In this document: positions 38,747 through 48,616 of the stretch, piece by piece
Layout of the letters: the number at the start of each line of letters is the position of its first letter
Position numbering within the stretch: the first letter of the stretch is position 1
DNA from: an uncultured delta proteobacterium
GTDB taxonomy: Bacteria > Desulfobacterota > Binatia > Binatales > Binataceae
Direction: 5' to 3'
Assembly (NCBI GenBank): GCA_963773975.1
Contig: CAVZDJ010000037.1
Location: forward strand, 37,727-101,726
Length of the DNA: 64,000 bases
The notes under the pieces: generated by a model
What the model was told of the DNA's origin: nothing
Seen by the model: only the letters and a program-made list of their open reading frames with translations
Database searches by the model: none
Program-made: the position numbers and the translations under genes

Positions 38747-39685
38747 GTGTCCGCTATGAAAATACTGAATGGTATTCAAGGATTCCTGTTCCGCGCGGCC
38801 CTAGCAGTCATCGCTCTCGGCGTAATACTTCCCGTGCCGGGCCGCGCACAGAGCGCGCCGGCCGTCACCAACCCGTCGCTCCTCTCGCCGATCGAGGAAT
38901 ATTTTATCGACTGGTTTCCCCGCGTCACGCGGATCCAGAGCGAGCAGCCGCACTGGATTGCGCCGCTGGTGACCGTAACTCCGCGCCTGGAAGAGGAATA
39001 TCGCTATGACCAGCTCTGGCAGGCGCAGCCGCATGGCAAGGCGCTCGACAACTTCGGGGCCAACAAGGGCCTCGAGCTGATCCCGTTTGAGAATACCGAG
39101 ATCATCCTGGGCGTTCCGGGATGGGTCGCTCACAATGGGGCTCTCCCGCGGCCACCCAAGAAAGGAGGGGAGAAGCCGGACGTCGACGGCTGGGCGGACG
39201 AGACGTTTCTCGTCAAATACCGGCTGCTATCGGCTAACGAGGAGAGCGGCAACTACATCCTTACCGTCTTCATGGGTTTCAGCGCGCCCACCGGGAGCGA
39301 CGGCAACAGCTCGCGCCATGCGCTCTTCACACCGACCGTCGCGTTTGGAAAAGGATGGGGTGACTTCGATTTTCAGAGCACGCTGGGAATTGCGGTTCCC
39401 AATGGCGGCATGCAGCGCCTTGGTGCGCCGCTCGCTTACAATACCGCCTTCCAGTACCGCCTGTTCAGGTACTTCTGGCCCGAATTCGAGGTAAACTACA
39501 CGTGGTGGCCCAACGGCGAGAAAGACGGTATAAACCAGGTCTTCCTCACACCCGGACTGCTGATCGGACGCATTCCGATTCATGATCGGATAGGCATGAC
39601 TTTCGGCGCCGGCTACCAGGTCGCCGTGACGCATCATCCCGCATATAACAACGCGGTGATCGCCACCGGTCGCATCCCCTTTTAG
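38747..39685 (+). CDS. Outer-membrane beta-barrel protein (MetA-pathway/transporter-like family)
   Basis: It has a signal peptide, alternating amphipathic beta-strands, and a C-terminal ...GRIPF. It lies directly upstream of the substrate-binding-protein gene. Confidence 0.5.
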   Translation: MSAMKILNGIQGFLFRAALAVIALGVILPVPGRAQSAPAVTNPSLLSPIEEYFIDWFPRVTRIQSEQPHWIAPLVTVTPRLEEEYRYDQLWQAQPHGKALDNFGANKGLELIPFENTEIILGVPGWVAHNGALPRPPKKGGEKPDVDGWADETFLVKYRLLSANEESGNYILTVFMGFSAPTGSDGNSSRHALFTPTVAFGKGWGDFDFQSTLGIAVPNGGMQRLGAPLAYNTAFQYRLFRYFWPEFEVNYTWWPNGEKDGINQVFLTPGLLIGRIPIHDRIGMTFGAGYQVAVTHHPAYNNAVIATGRIPF

Positions 39686-39696
39686 CTGCGCGATCG

Positions 39697-40647
39697 ATGT
39701 CGATGCTTTACATACGGAGACTCGTCCCGCGGACGGCGATCGTGGTCATGACCGCCGCGCTCGCGACACTCATCGCGGGAGTTGGCGCCACCGACACGAT
39801 CCAATCGACGACGCCGCTGCAGGTCGCGTATGCCGGGTCGATGGGCTCGATGATGGACGGCGGCGTTCGTCCGGCGATCGCGAAGGCTCTGGGAGCCGAG
39901 CTGCGGGGACGCGCGTCGGGCTCCACGGGGCTTGCCAACCTGATCGTCGCAGGCAGCATCCGGCCCGACGTGTTCATCTCGGTCACGCCGGAGCCGATGC
40001 AGCTCGTGTTAAAGGCCGGCAAGGCCGAAAACGCGCCGGCGATTGCGCGCACCGAGATGGTGGTCGCCTACAGTCCGCGCAGCCGATATGCGGCCGCGTT
40101 CGCAAAGGCCGGCGCTTCGGGCGCCAAGCCGTGGTGGCAGATCCTGGAAACGCCCGGCTTTCGTTTTGGGCGCACCGACCCGAATACCGATCCGCAAGGG
40201 TTGAACGTCATTTTCATGCTGCAACTCGCGGGGCGCCACTACCATCAGCCGGGCCTAGCCGAGAAAATTCTCGGGCCGCAAATTAATCCGCAACAGATTT
40301 TCCAGGAACCCCAGGTGATGGCGCGCGTGCAAGCGGGACAACTCGACGCAAGCTCCGCCTACAAGACGCAGCCGGCGGCGCTCGGCCTGCCGTTTCTTTC
40401 GCTCCCCGCCGAGATTAACCTCGGCGACGCGTCGCTGGAAAAGGAATATCAGCAGGCGAGCGTCACGCTGAACGGCAAGACCCATCGGCCATCCCCGCTC
40501 GTCTTCTACGCCGCGGTCCTCAACGATGCGCCGCAACCTAAGCTGGCGGAACGCTTTGTCGCGTGGCTCCGCAGTCCCGAGGCGCGCCAAATCCTCGCCC
40601 GCTACCACTACGACGACCCCGGCGACGTCAAGCCCCTCATTCGGTAA
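39697..40647 (+). CDS. ABC transporter substrate-binding protein, molybdate/tungstate/sulfate (PBP type 2) family
   Basis: Signal peptide present; 316 aa. Of the ModA/WtpA-like oxyanion-binding residues, I noted the N-terminal-domain motif YAGSMGS. Permease and ATPase genes follow. Confidence 0.6.
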   Translation: MSMLYIRRLVPRTAIVVMTAALATLIAGVGATDTIQSTTPLQVAYAGSMGSMMDGGVRPAIAKALGAELRGRASGSTGLANLIVAGSIRPDVFISVTPEPMQLVLKAGKAENAPAIARTEMVVAYSPRSRYAAAFAKAGASGAKPWWQILETPGFRFGRTDPNTDPQGLNVIFMLQLAGRHYHQPGLAEKILGPQINPQQIFQEPQVMARVQAGQLDASSAYKTQPAALGLPFLSLPAEINLGDASLEKEYQQASVTLNGKTHRPSPLVFYAAVLNDAPQPKLAERFVAWLRSPEARQILARYHYDDPGDVKPLIR

Positions 40648-40699
40648 TCCGACTTCGTCCCGTAATATAGATTTCGTGCGATCTCGATGGTGGGCCCGG

Positions 40700-41452
40700 A
40701 TGGGCATGCTCGCGTTCACGCTGGCGCTGCTCTATCCGCTGGCCGGCCTGTGCGCGCCGGTTGGCCGCTGGCAATGGGACGGCAGTATTCCCGGCTCGAC
40801 GGCCGCCTCCGTGAGCGTCTCGCTCTTGCTTACCGGAATCGCACTGCTGCTTGACGTGATCGTTGGCACGCCGGTCGCGTGGTATCTCGCCCGCCATGCC
40901 GGCCGCGACAAAATTGTCTGGGAGGCGGCGGTCCTGGTCTCGGTGCTGATGCCGCCGCTAGCGTTGGGGATTTTGCTCTCGCTCGCCTTCGGTCCCACGA
41001 TGAGGCCGGGCGCATGGCTGCTGCGGATGGGACTGCCCACCACCAACAGTCCGCTCGCGTTCGTCGCGACCCAGTTCTACGTCAGCGTCGGGTACTATAT
41101 CGTGGCCGCCCGCGCCGCGATGGCCGCCGTGCCCGGCGACCTCGAACTGACTGCGGCGCTGCTTGGGTTGCGGCCGTGGCAGGTATTTCGCCGTGTGACC
41201 TTTCCGCTCGCGCGATTGGGCTTTGCCGCGGCCGTGAGCCTAGCATGGGTGCGCGCGCTGGGAGAGTTCGGCGCGGTAATCGTCACCGCCTACTATCCGA
41301 GCGGGATGCCGGTGCAGATATGGATCAATCTGCAGGACGCCGGGATGCCGGCGGTGATGCCGTTGCTGGTCGTGTTCCTGCTCACCGCGCTGCCGCTGCC
41401 GTGGGTGATCCATCTGCTCGCACAGAGACGCTACGCCGATGCCCACGCTTGA
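40700..41452 (+). CDS. ABC transporter permease (ModB/CysTW-like)
   Basis: Multiple transmembrane segments and an EAA-like loop (ALLGLRPWQVFRRVTFPLA). I take the start at the internal ATG 40700. Confidence 0.7.
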   Translation: MGMLAFTLALLYPLAGLCAPVGRWQWDGSIPGSTAASVSVSLLLTGIALLLDVIVGTPVAWYLARHAGRDKIVWEAAVLVSVLMPPLALGILLSLAFGPTMRPGAWLLRMGLPTTNSPLAFVATQFYVSVGYYIVAARAAMAAVPGDLELTAALLGLRPWQVFRRVTFPLARLGFAAAVSLAWVRALGEFGAVIVTAYYPSGMPVQIWINLQDAGMPAVMPLLVVFLLTALPLPWVIHLLAQRRYADAHA

Positions 41453-42140
41453 TGCACATATCGTAAAGGCGCGGCGCCTGCTCACCGTGGATGTCCGTCT
41501 GCGGCTGGAACAAGGAGCGCGGCTCGCGCTGTTCGGGGCCTCGGGCGCGGGCAAAAGCACGGTGCTCTCGTGTCTGGCGGGAATCGAGAATCCCGACGCC
41601 GGGCGGATTCAATTTGGCGACACGCTGTTGTTTCCGCCGAGCCTGCCACTTTACCGGCGCCCGCTTGCGTACCTCACGCAAAGCGATTCGTTGTTCCCGC
41701 ACCTGAGCGTCGCCGGCAACGTCTGCTTCGGCCTCAGCGATCACCAGAGCAACGGCGCGCGGCAATGGGTCGAGGAACTCAAGCAGCGCCTGGAACTCGG
41801 CCCGCTATGGAACGAATCGGCGCGGCGGATTTCCGGCGGCCAGGCGCGCCGGGTCGCCCTGGCGCGGATGCTCGCGCGGCGTCCGCCGCTGGTGCTACTC
41901 GACGAGCCGTTCACCGCGCTCGACCGCCCGACTATCAGCGATTTCGTCGACGCGATCCTGCAATGGCATCGCGAGCTCGGCTTCACCTTGATCGCCGTCG
42001 ACCATCGCGCCGACATCCTCGAGCGGCTCTGCACGCGAGCGGCGGCGATCGAACACGGCCGCATCGTTCAGGAGGGCTCGTGGCCGGAACTTACGGCCGC
42101 GCCGGCAACGCCGACGCTGGCCCGTCTGCTGTCTGCGTGA
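41439..42140 (+). CDS. ABC transporter ATP-binding protein (ModC-like)
   Basis: Walker A (GASGAGKST), signature (ISGGQARRVALARML) and Walker B (LVLLDEPF) motifs. It overlaps the permease stop. Confidence 0.85.
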   Translation: MPTLDAHIVKARRLLTVDVRLRLEQGARLALFGASGAGKSTVLSCLAGIENPDAGRIQFGDTLLFPPSLPLYRRPLAYLTQSDSLFPHLSVAGNVCFGLSDHQSNGARQWVEELKQRLELGPLWNESARRISGGQARRVALARMLARRPPLVLLDEPFTALDRPTISDFVDAILQWHRELGFTLIAVDHRADILERLCTRAAAIEHGRIVQEGSWPELTAAPATPTLARLLSA

Positions 42141-42534
42141 TCATTCCTTCTGATTCCCGCTCCTTGTCCAAGGGTCGGTTAGGAAGGAGATCCGATAATC
42201 GATTTCACAATATGCTGAGGTGGTCAGCGGAGGATTTCCGCGAAGCGACGGACATTCTTTTGCCATTACAAATCTCCTCCAAGTTTCGGAAGAGGCGCTC
42301 TCAAATAGTTGTTGGGCGGTTGTCCCACGCCTCCTCCCCGTGTCTTGGGAGAGGCCGACGGCCGTTGCGCGGCCGTGGGAGAGGGTCGATTCCGGCGCGC
42401 TCGTTGTGGGCGCGCGGTTTGAAATTTCGGACCGTTGATTTGCGCAACCGCTCCATGGACTCGGGGCGCCTGGCAAGTGCGAATGTGATGTCCGCACGCC
42501 CGTGAAAACACCTCGACCCCCACCCCAACCCAGC

Positions 42535-43110
42535 TCAGTCCTCGACAATTTGTGGGGGTTTGAAACTTCCGTTTTCGTATTCGACCAGCACGATTCCGCA
42601 GTTGGGCGGCACGTGCGCGCTCTCCCAATGTCCAACCAGATGCGCCCAGCACGTCAGCATCACGCCGCCATGGCTGACCACGGCCAGTTCGCCGTCGCCG
42701 GCGCGCACTGCCAGCCGCTCCAGGATTGGCGCAACGCGCACGCGCACATCTTCGTAGCTCTCGCCGCCCTCGGGACGCCATAGCCATGTCTTCTCGGTCT
42801 CGAACGTCGGATCGTCGCGGACCGCGTCGTAAGGCTGCCCCCGCAAGTAGCCGAAATGACGCTCGTAGAGGCCGTGCTCGATCTCGACCGGCAGGCGCAG
42901 CGCGGCGGCGATTATCTCGCCCGTCTCGCGCGCTCGCGAATACGGGCTGGTGATGACGAGCCGGGGATGGAACAGCCGCGCGATGCGGCGCGCAGCCTGC
43001 GCGGCCTGTTCGCGCCCCAGATCGGTCAATGGCGCGTCCGGGGTGGTGGTGAAGCGGCGTTCGCGATTGCCCTCGCTCTCGCCGTGGCGAACCATTATCA
43101 ACTTACCCAT
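42535..43110 (-). CDS. Histidine phosphatase family protein
   Basis: N-terminal MVRHGESEGN catalytic motif; 191 aa. Confidence 0.7.
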   Translation of the reverse strand: MGKLIMVRHGESEGNRERRFTTTPDAPLTDLGREQAAQAARRIARLFHPRLVITSPYSRARETGEIIAAALRLPVEIEHGLYERHFGYLRGQPYDAVRDDPTFETEKTWLWRPEGGESYEDVRVRVAPILERLAVRAGDGELAVVSHGGVMLTCWAHLVGHWESAHVPPNCGIVLVEYENGSFKPPQIVED

Positions 43111-43152
43111 CGCAAACGTGCAGCCCCACCAGATTAGGATGAAGGATCGCGA

Positions 43153-43935
43153 TCAGGATTTCGTCCCGCCATCGTCGGGCTTGCCGATCGCGCGGCGCAG
43201 GTTGAGGAAAGGCTCGAACAGATCCATCGGAATCGGAAAGACCGTGGTCGAATTGTTCTCCGATGCGATCTCCTTGAGCGTCTGCAGATAGCGGAGCTGC
43301 AGCGTCACCGGGCTCTTGTTCATGATCTCGGCCGCCTCGGCGAGGCGCTGCGCGGCCTGGAACTCGCCCTCCGCCGCGATTACCTTGGCGCGCCGTTCGC
43401 GCTCGGCTTCGGCCTGCGCCGCGATTGCCCGCTGCATGTCCTGCGGCAGATCGATGTTCTTGAGTTCGACCAGGGTGACCTTGACGCCCCACGGCTCGGT
43501 CTGCGCGTCGACGATCTCCTGGATGCGCGCGTTGAGCTTGTCCCGCTGGGCCAGCAACTCGTCGAGTTCGGTCTGGCCGCCCACTGAACGCAGCGTGGTC
43601 TGTGCGAGCTGGGTGGTGGCAAACAGATAGTTGGCGACCTCGGTCACCGCGCGAGACGGATCGAGCACGCGGAAATAGAGCACCGCGCTCACTTTTATCG
43701 ACACGTTGTCGCGGGTGATCACGTCCTGAGGCGCGATGTCGAGCGTCACGACGCGCAGATCGATCCGCACCGCGCGCTCGAGGATCGGGATGACGAAAAT
43801 AATCCCCGGTCCGCGAAACGGCGTGAGCCGCCCGAGACGAAAGACCACGGCGCGCTCGTACTCGTTGAGCACCTTGAGGCCGCTCAGCAAAACCGCCACG
43901 CCGACCACGATAATTATTCCGAGTGCCGGTCCCAT
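43153..43935 (-). CDS. SPFH/band 7 (stomatin-like) membrane protein
   Basis: A GGGGGAG ribosome-binding site precedes the ATG at 43935. An N-terminal transmembrane helix is followed by the SPFH domain, then a C-terminal coiled-coil with the EAERERR motif. Confidence 0.85.
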   Translation of the reverse strand: MGPALGIIIVVGVAVLLSGLKVLNEYERAVVFRLGRLTPFRGPGIIFVIPILERAVRIDLRVVTLDIAPQDVITRDNVSIKVSAVLYFRVLDPSRAVTEVANYLFATTQLAQTTLRSVGGQTELDELLAQRDKLNARIQEIVDAQTEPWGVKVTLVELKNIDLPQDMQRAIAAQAEAERERRAKVIAAEGEFQAAQRLAEAAEIMNKSPVTLQLRYLQTLKEIASENNSTTVFPIPMDLFEPFLNLRRAIGKPDDGGTKS

Positions 43936-44005
43936 AAGACTCCCCCCGCTTTCGTTATACGGACGCCACCGCCCGCCGCCTTGCATAGGCTCGAAAAAAG
44001 CCGCC

Positions 44006-45397
44006 CTACGATTCGCCGCGTACCTCGATCTCCAGCCCGCGCACCGCGATCACGCGCGCCCGCGCGCCAACGCTTAACGCCTGGCTGCTCGCGGCGCGCC
44101 AATGCTCGCCGTGCACGAACACGCGCCCCGGCGCGCCCGGCGCGATCGCCTCGCGCACCTCGCCGACTTCGCCGACCATGCCCTCGCGCCCGGTGGTCGC
44201 AGGCCGATGACGCTCGCGTAAAATGACCCAGCCCAGGCCCAGGATGATCGCGCTCATCGCGATCGCCGCGCCGGCGATCATGCCGCGGTTGACCTCGAGA
44301 TTGGTTTGCGAAGTATCGATTAGAAAGAGCGAGCCGATCACGAACGCAATTACTCCGCCGATACCGAGCACTCCGTAGCTGGTAACGAAGACTTCGGCGA
44401 TCAGCATCCCAATCCCCAACATCAGGAGCAGGAACCCAGCCAGATTGATCGGCAGAAGCTCGAACGAGGCGAGCGCGAGCAGCAGGCAAATCGCACCGGC
44501 CACGCCCGGCAGATAAAAGCCCGGATGGCCGAACTCGAAATAAATTCCGACGATCCCGGCCAGCATCAGCAGGTATACGATGTTGGGGTCGGCCAGCACG
44601 TTGAGCAGCGCCTGCCCCATCGTCATCCGCAAGCGGTGAGTCGCGGCGCCCGCGAGTTCGAGCTTCACCGTCGTGCCGCCGCCGCTGACCTTGACCTCGC
44701 GCCCCGACGCCTGCGCGAGCAGGCTTCGCAGATCGGGCGCGACAATGTCGATCACGTGGCGCTTGAGCGCCTCGGCTTCGCTGATGGTCGCGCTTTGGCG
44801 TACCGCCTGCTCGATCCACTGCTCATTGCGGCCGCGCTCGCGCGCGATACTGCCGGCGAACGACGCGGTGAAGTTCTCGATCTTCATGCCGACCACGCCC
44901 TTGATCTCGCTGCCGCCCTCGCCCACCGGATGCGCCGCGCCGATCGTGGTCCCGGGCGCCATCGCGGCGATCGCCGCCGCCTCGGTGATGAAGGTTCCGG
45001 CCGAAGCGGCACTCGCGCCCGACGGCGAGACGTACACGATCGTCGCAAGCGGCGCGCCGAGCAGATCCTTGACGATGCGTTGCGCGGAGCCGAGCAGGCC
45101 GCCGGGCGTGTCGAGTTCGATCACCAGCGCGCCCGCGTGATGCGAGTTGGCGTAGGCGATCGCGTCTTCGATAAAGCCGGCGACCGCCGGATTGATCGAG
45201 CCTTCGATCCTTATCAGGCAAACCCACGGCGCGGCCGCGGCGCCCGCCGCCTTGGGAACCGCTGCCGGCGTGGCGGCCGCGCTATTTGCGGCGCCGTCGC
45301 GATCGGCGGCCGCACTGGCGAACGCACCGAGTGCGAGCACGCATACAATCGCGAATGCGCGCACCGCAGACGCGCCGATTGCGCCGCGCCGCTTCAC
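44006..45397 (-). CDS. NfeD family membrane-bound ClpP-class serine protease
   Basis: A signal peptide and an S49/ClpP-like domain are followed by a multi-transmembrane region and a C-terminal OB-fold. Its position upstream of the SPFH gene is the canonical partner arrangement. Confidence 0.8.
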   Translation of the reverse strand: MKRRGAIGASAVRAFAIVCVLALGAFASAAADRDGAANSAAATPAAVPKAAGAAAAPWVCLIRIEGSINPAVAGFIEDAIAYANSHHAGALVIELDTPGGLLGSAQRIVKDLLGAPLATIVYVSPSGASAASAGTFITEAAAIAAMAPGTTIGAAHPVGEGGSEIKGVVGMKIENFTASFAGSIARERGRNEQWIEQAVRQSATISEAEALKRHVIDIVAPDLRSLLAQASGREVKVSGGGTTVKLELAGAATHRLRMTMGQALLNVLADPNIVYLLMLAGIVGIYFEFGHPGFYLPGVAGAICLLLALASFELLPINLAGFLLLMLGIGMLIAEVFVTSYGVLGIGGVIAFVIGSLFLIDTSQTNLEVNRGMIAGAAIAMSAIILGLGWVILRERHRPATTGREGMVGEVGEVREAIAPGAPGRVFVHGEHWRAASSQALSVGARARVIAVRGLEIEVRGES

Positions 45398-45401
45398 CGA
45401 C

Positions 45402-46241
45402 TCATCGCGCGCCGCCGCGCGCCGGTATCTCGATCCCGAGCAACTTCATCACTTCCTGTATATCCTGCCATACCCAGCGCTTCTCGCCCGGGCTGCGCAG
45501 CAGGTACGCCGGATGGAACGTCGGCATCAGCTTGACCCCGCGGACCTCGTGCCAGTTGCCGCGGAGCCGGCTGATCGGCGTCTTGACCTTCAGCAGTGCC
45601 TGCACCGCAAAGGTGCCGAGCGCAACGATCGCGCGCGGTTGCACGAGATCTATTTGGCGCATCAGGAACGGCTCGCACGCCGCGACCTCGTCGGGCTCGG
45701 GATTGCGATTGTCGGGCGGGCGGCACTTGATGACGTTGCAGATGTAAACGTCGGCGCGGCGCAGCCCCATCCCGCGCTCGATGATGTCGGTCAGGAGTTG
45801 GCCGGCGCGGCCCACGAACGGCTCGCCGCGCGCGTCTTCGTCGGCGCCGGGCGCCTCGCCAACGAACATCAGGTCGGCCGCGAGGTTGCCCACGCCGAAC
45901 ACCAGATGCGTGCGCAGCGGCGCAAGTTTGCAGCGCTGGCAATCGCCGACGAATGTGCGCAACTCGTCCAGCGTGGCGGTCTTCTCCAAGCCGGGATAAC
46001 GCGAGAGCAGTTCGATCGACGGGAGCGCCGGGCGCGGCGGCGACGCGACCGCGGCCGGCGCGCGAGGCGATACGGCGGCGGGCGCCGGCGCCGCGGCCGC
46101 GGCGGCCTTCGGAGCGACAGCGCGCGTCGCCGCCGTCGCGGGCAATCCCTCCAGACCTTCCTCGGCGAGTTGCACCAGGTAATCGCGAACCGAATCGAGC
46201 AGCAGCCGGCGCTGCTCTGGCGCGCTAAGGTCGCGGCTCAT
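45402..46241 (-). CDS. udg: Uracil-DNA glycosylase, family 4
   Basis: Motifs [23 protein letters not shown] and HPAYLLR are present. The start is taken at [13 protein letters not shown] Pro/Ala-rich linker precedes the catalytic domain. Confidence 0.75.
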   Translation of the reverse strand: MSRDLSAPEQRRLLLDSVRDYLVQLAEEGLEGLPATAATRAVAPKAAAAAAPAPAAVSPRAPAAVASPPRPALPSIELLSRYPGLEKTATLDELRTFVGDCQRCKLAPLRTHLVFGVGNLAADLMFVGEAPGADEDARGEPFVGRAGQLLTDIIERGMGLRRADVYICNVIKCRPPDNRNPEPDEVAACEPFLMRQIDLVQPRAIVALGTFAVQALLKVKTPISRLRGNWHEVRGVKLMPTFHPAYLLRSPGEKRWVWQDIQEVMKLLGIEIPARGGAR

Positions 46242-46283
46242 AACATCCAAGCCAGCGACCCGGCCGTAAAGACGGGCGCGCGT

Positions 46284-47189
46284 ATGATTGTCGTCAGTAT
46301 CATCGCCCTGGTAATCGGCTTCATCGCGCTCAGCGCCCCGCCGGCTTTCGCCTGGGGACCGGTCACTCATATTGCCCTCGGAGCCCAGGTGCTTGCGAGC
46401 GTTAGCACCCTGGAACAACCGCTTCAAGCCATCTTACTCTCGATGCCCGACGCTTTCCTGTACGGCTCGCTCGCGCCCGACATCGTGCAAGGCCGCCGCT
46501 TTCAGAGCCGCCTGCGGCGCCATTCGCACAACTGGTCGACCGGCTTCGGGCTGCTGAGCGCCGCGCGCGGTAGCGAGGAGCAGGCGTTCGCGCTCGGCTA
46601 TCTGGCTCATCTTGGGGCCGACGTGCTCGCGCACAATTTCTACCTGCCGACGCGATGGATCGGGCATTTCAACTCCGCAATCGCGAGCCACATCCTGAGC
46701 GAGGCGCGTTTCGATTCGATGCAGGACGCGGTGCATCGCGAGACCCTGCTCAAGCTGATGGCGATCGACTTCAGCGCGCTCGATGCGAAGCTCAGCCGTC
46801 AGATTGACTCTCCGCTACTGCCCTTCCGCGCGCAAAAGCGCATCTTCGGAGGGGGGCTCCGCCGGATCCGCGAATGGAATCGCGTGATTCTCGCGATCGG
46901 CCGGGTCAAGCCGGCCGATCGCCAGGACGTCGAGGTCTTCTGCTCCGCATCCTGCTCGGCGATCGACGGACTAATGCGCGACGGCGACGAGGCTCCCGCC
47001 TGCCGGTTCGATCCAATGGGTCAGCGGGCGCTGCGCAATGCCCAGCGCGCACGCCGCACACTGCAACGCCTGGCGCGGATGGGTCCCGAGACCAAACGCG
47101 CCGCGCGCCAACTCGCGAATTCGACCGTCGCGGAGCTGCGCTCGCATATGTGCCAGGTGCCGTTCGGCGGCCCGCCGAAGCCACCCTGA
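46284..47189 (+). CDS. Zinc-dependent phospholipase C / S1-P1 nuclease-like family membrane protein
   Basis: I take the start at the ATG at 46284 (MIVVSIIALVIGFIAL...). An N-terminal transmembrane helix is followed by WGPVTHIALG and HLGADVLAHNFY metal-ligand motifs. Confidence 0.6.
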   Translation: MIVVSIIALVIGFIALSAPPAFAWGPVTHIALGAQVLASVSTLEQPLQAILLSMPDAFLYGSLAPDIVQGRRFQSRLRRHSHNWSTGFGLLSAARGSEEQAFALGYLAHLGADVLAHNFYLPTRWIGHFNSAIASHILSEARFDSMQDAVHRETLLKLMAIDFSALDAKLSRQIDSPLLPFRAQKRIFGGGLRRIREWNRVILAIGRVKPADRQDVEVFCSASCSAIDGLMRDGDEAPACRFDPMGQRALRNAQRARRTLQRLARMGPETKRAARQLANSTVAELRSHMCQVPFGGPPKPP

Positions 47190-47281
47190 CCATACCCGCT
47201 GGTACGTGCGCGGGCTTGTGATACGCGCGCAATCGGTGTTATCACGGCGACGCCGGCAATATCGCGGCAAGGAACTTCACG

Positions 47282-48511
47282 ATGGCAAGCAGCGACAGGC
47301 ACACTCCCCACATGTTGTCCGGCGTGCGCGTGCTGGACTTCACGCAGTATCTCGCGGGCCCGACGGTAACGCGTTTCATGGCCGAGATGGGCGCCGAGAT
47401 CGTCAAGGTCGAGCAGGCGCCGATGGGTGACCCGGCGCGGCTGCTGCCCGCCGTGCGCGACGGACGCAGCGCCTATTTCGTGCAGCAAAACCGCGGCAAG
47501 CAGAGCCTCTGCCTGGACTTCTCCAAACCTGAATCGATGGCGCTCCTGCGCGAGCTGGCGAAAAAAGCCGACGTGGTGGTCGAAAACTACGGGCCTGGCG
47601 TGATGGAAAAGCGCGGCCTCGACTACGCCTCGCTCTCCAAGCTCAACCCGCGCGTCATCATGGCGTCGATCTCGGCCTTCGGGCGCACCGGCCCGCTCTC
47701 GCACAAAGTCGGCTATGATTTTATCGCGCAAGCTTTCTCGGGACTGATGCACATGACGGGCGATCCGAACGGACCGCCGATGTTTGTCGGAATGGGCATC
47801 GGCGATCAGTCCAGCGGCGTGCACGCCTTCTCGGCCATCGGCTTCGCGCTCTTCCATCGCGAGCGCACCGGAGTCGGGCAGTACATCGACATCGCGATGG
47901 TCGACAGCCTCTACCACATGCACGAAGCGACCATCCAGGTCTGGGCCACCACCAAAGGCGCGTACGTGCCGATGCGGATGGGCTCGCAACATGAGCTGGT
48001 AAGCCCGTGCGGCGCATTTTTGGGACCGCAAGGCTACATCGTGGTTCTGGTGCTCGACCGGCAATGGCCGTCGATGGCGCGCGCGATGGCCCGTCCGGAG
48101 CTGATCGAAGACCCGCGCTTCGCCACGATGCGCGATCGCGCGAAGAACCGCTACGAGCTGGCCGCGATTGTCGAGGCGTGGATGCAGGCGCAGCCCTCCA
48201 CCGAGGCGGTGCTGAAAATTCTCGAAGAGCATCGCGTCGCCGCGGCGCCGGTGATGTCGGTCGTCGACACGGTGAGCCATCCGCACTTCAAGGCGCGCAA
48301 CATGATTCGCACGGTGCCCGACCCGATCCTGGGCGAGGTGATGATTCCCGGATTCCCGCTCAAGTTTTCGGCCTTCCCCAAGCCGCTGGAAATCAGGGCG
48401 CCGCTTCTGGGCGAGCACGGGACCGAGGTCCTGCGCGAACAACTCGGCATGAGCGAGGCCCAGATCGCCGAACTGCGAACTCAGGGCGTGCTTCATTCGG
48501 AGAACAAATAG
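47282..48511 (+). CDS. CoA-transferase family III protein (CaiB/BaiF), second copy in the window
   Basis: N-terminal LSGVRVLDFTQYLAGPTVTRFMAEMGAEIVKVE and C-terminal APLLGEHGTEVLRE motifs; 409 aa. Confidence 0.8.
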   Translation: MASSDRHTPHMLSGVRVLDFTQYLAGPTVTRFMAEMGAEIVKVEQAPMGDPARLLPAVRDGRSAYFVQQNRGKQSLCLDFSKPESMALLRELAKKADVVVENYGPGVMEKRGLDYASLSKLNPRVIMASISAFGRTGPLSHKVGYDFIAQAFSGLMHMTGDPNGPPMFVGMGIGDQSSGVHAFSAIGFALFHRERTGVGQYIDIAMVDSLYHMHEATIQVWATTKGAYVPMRMGSQHELVSPCGAFLGPQGYIVVLVLDRQWPSMARAMARPELIEDPRFATMRDRAKNRYELAAIVEAWMQAQPSTEAVLKILEEHRVAAAPVMSVVDTVSHPHFKARNMIRTVPDPILGEVMIPGFPLKFSAFPKPLEIRAPLLGEHGTEVLREQLGMSEAQIAELRTQGVLHSENK

Positions 48512-48616
48512 GGCTTGTAGCCGCGCGTGCCGCTCCTGGCAACGCGCTCGTTTGACATTTGTCTCGCACTGGCGAACCTAGTCGAATCGTAACTCAACTT
48601 CGGGAGGACAAGTCAC

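Noticed and set aside
40526-40699. 5' extension of the permease ORF overlapping the substrate-binding-protein gene
   Set aside because: Ser/Thr/Pro-rich, and out of frame with the binding protein, which is clearly coding there. The permease starts at 40700.
45192-46283. N-terminal 364 aa of the 665-aa ORF 45192-47189
   Set aside because: It is Arg/Ala low-complexity and antisense to nfeD and udg. The real gene starts at the ATG at 46284 with a transmembrane helix.
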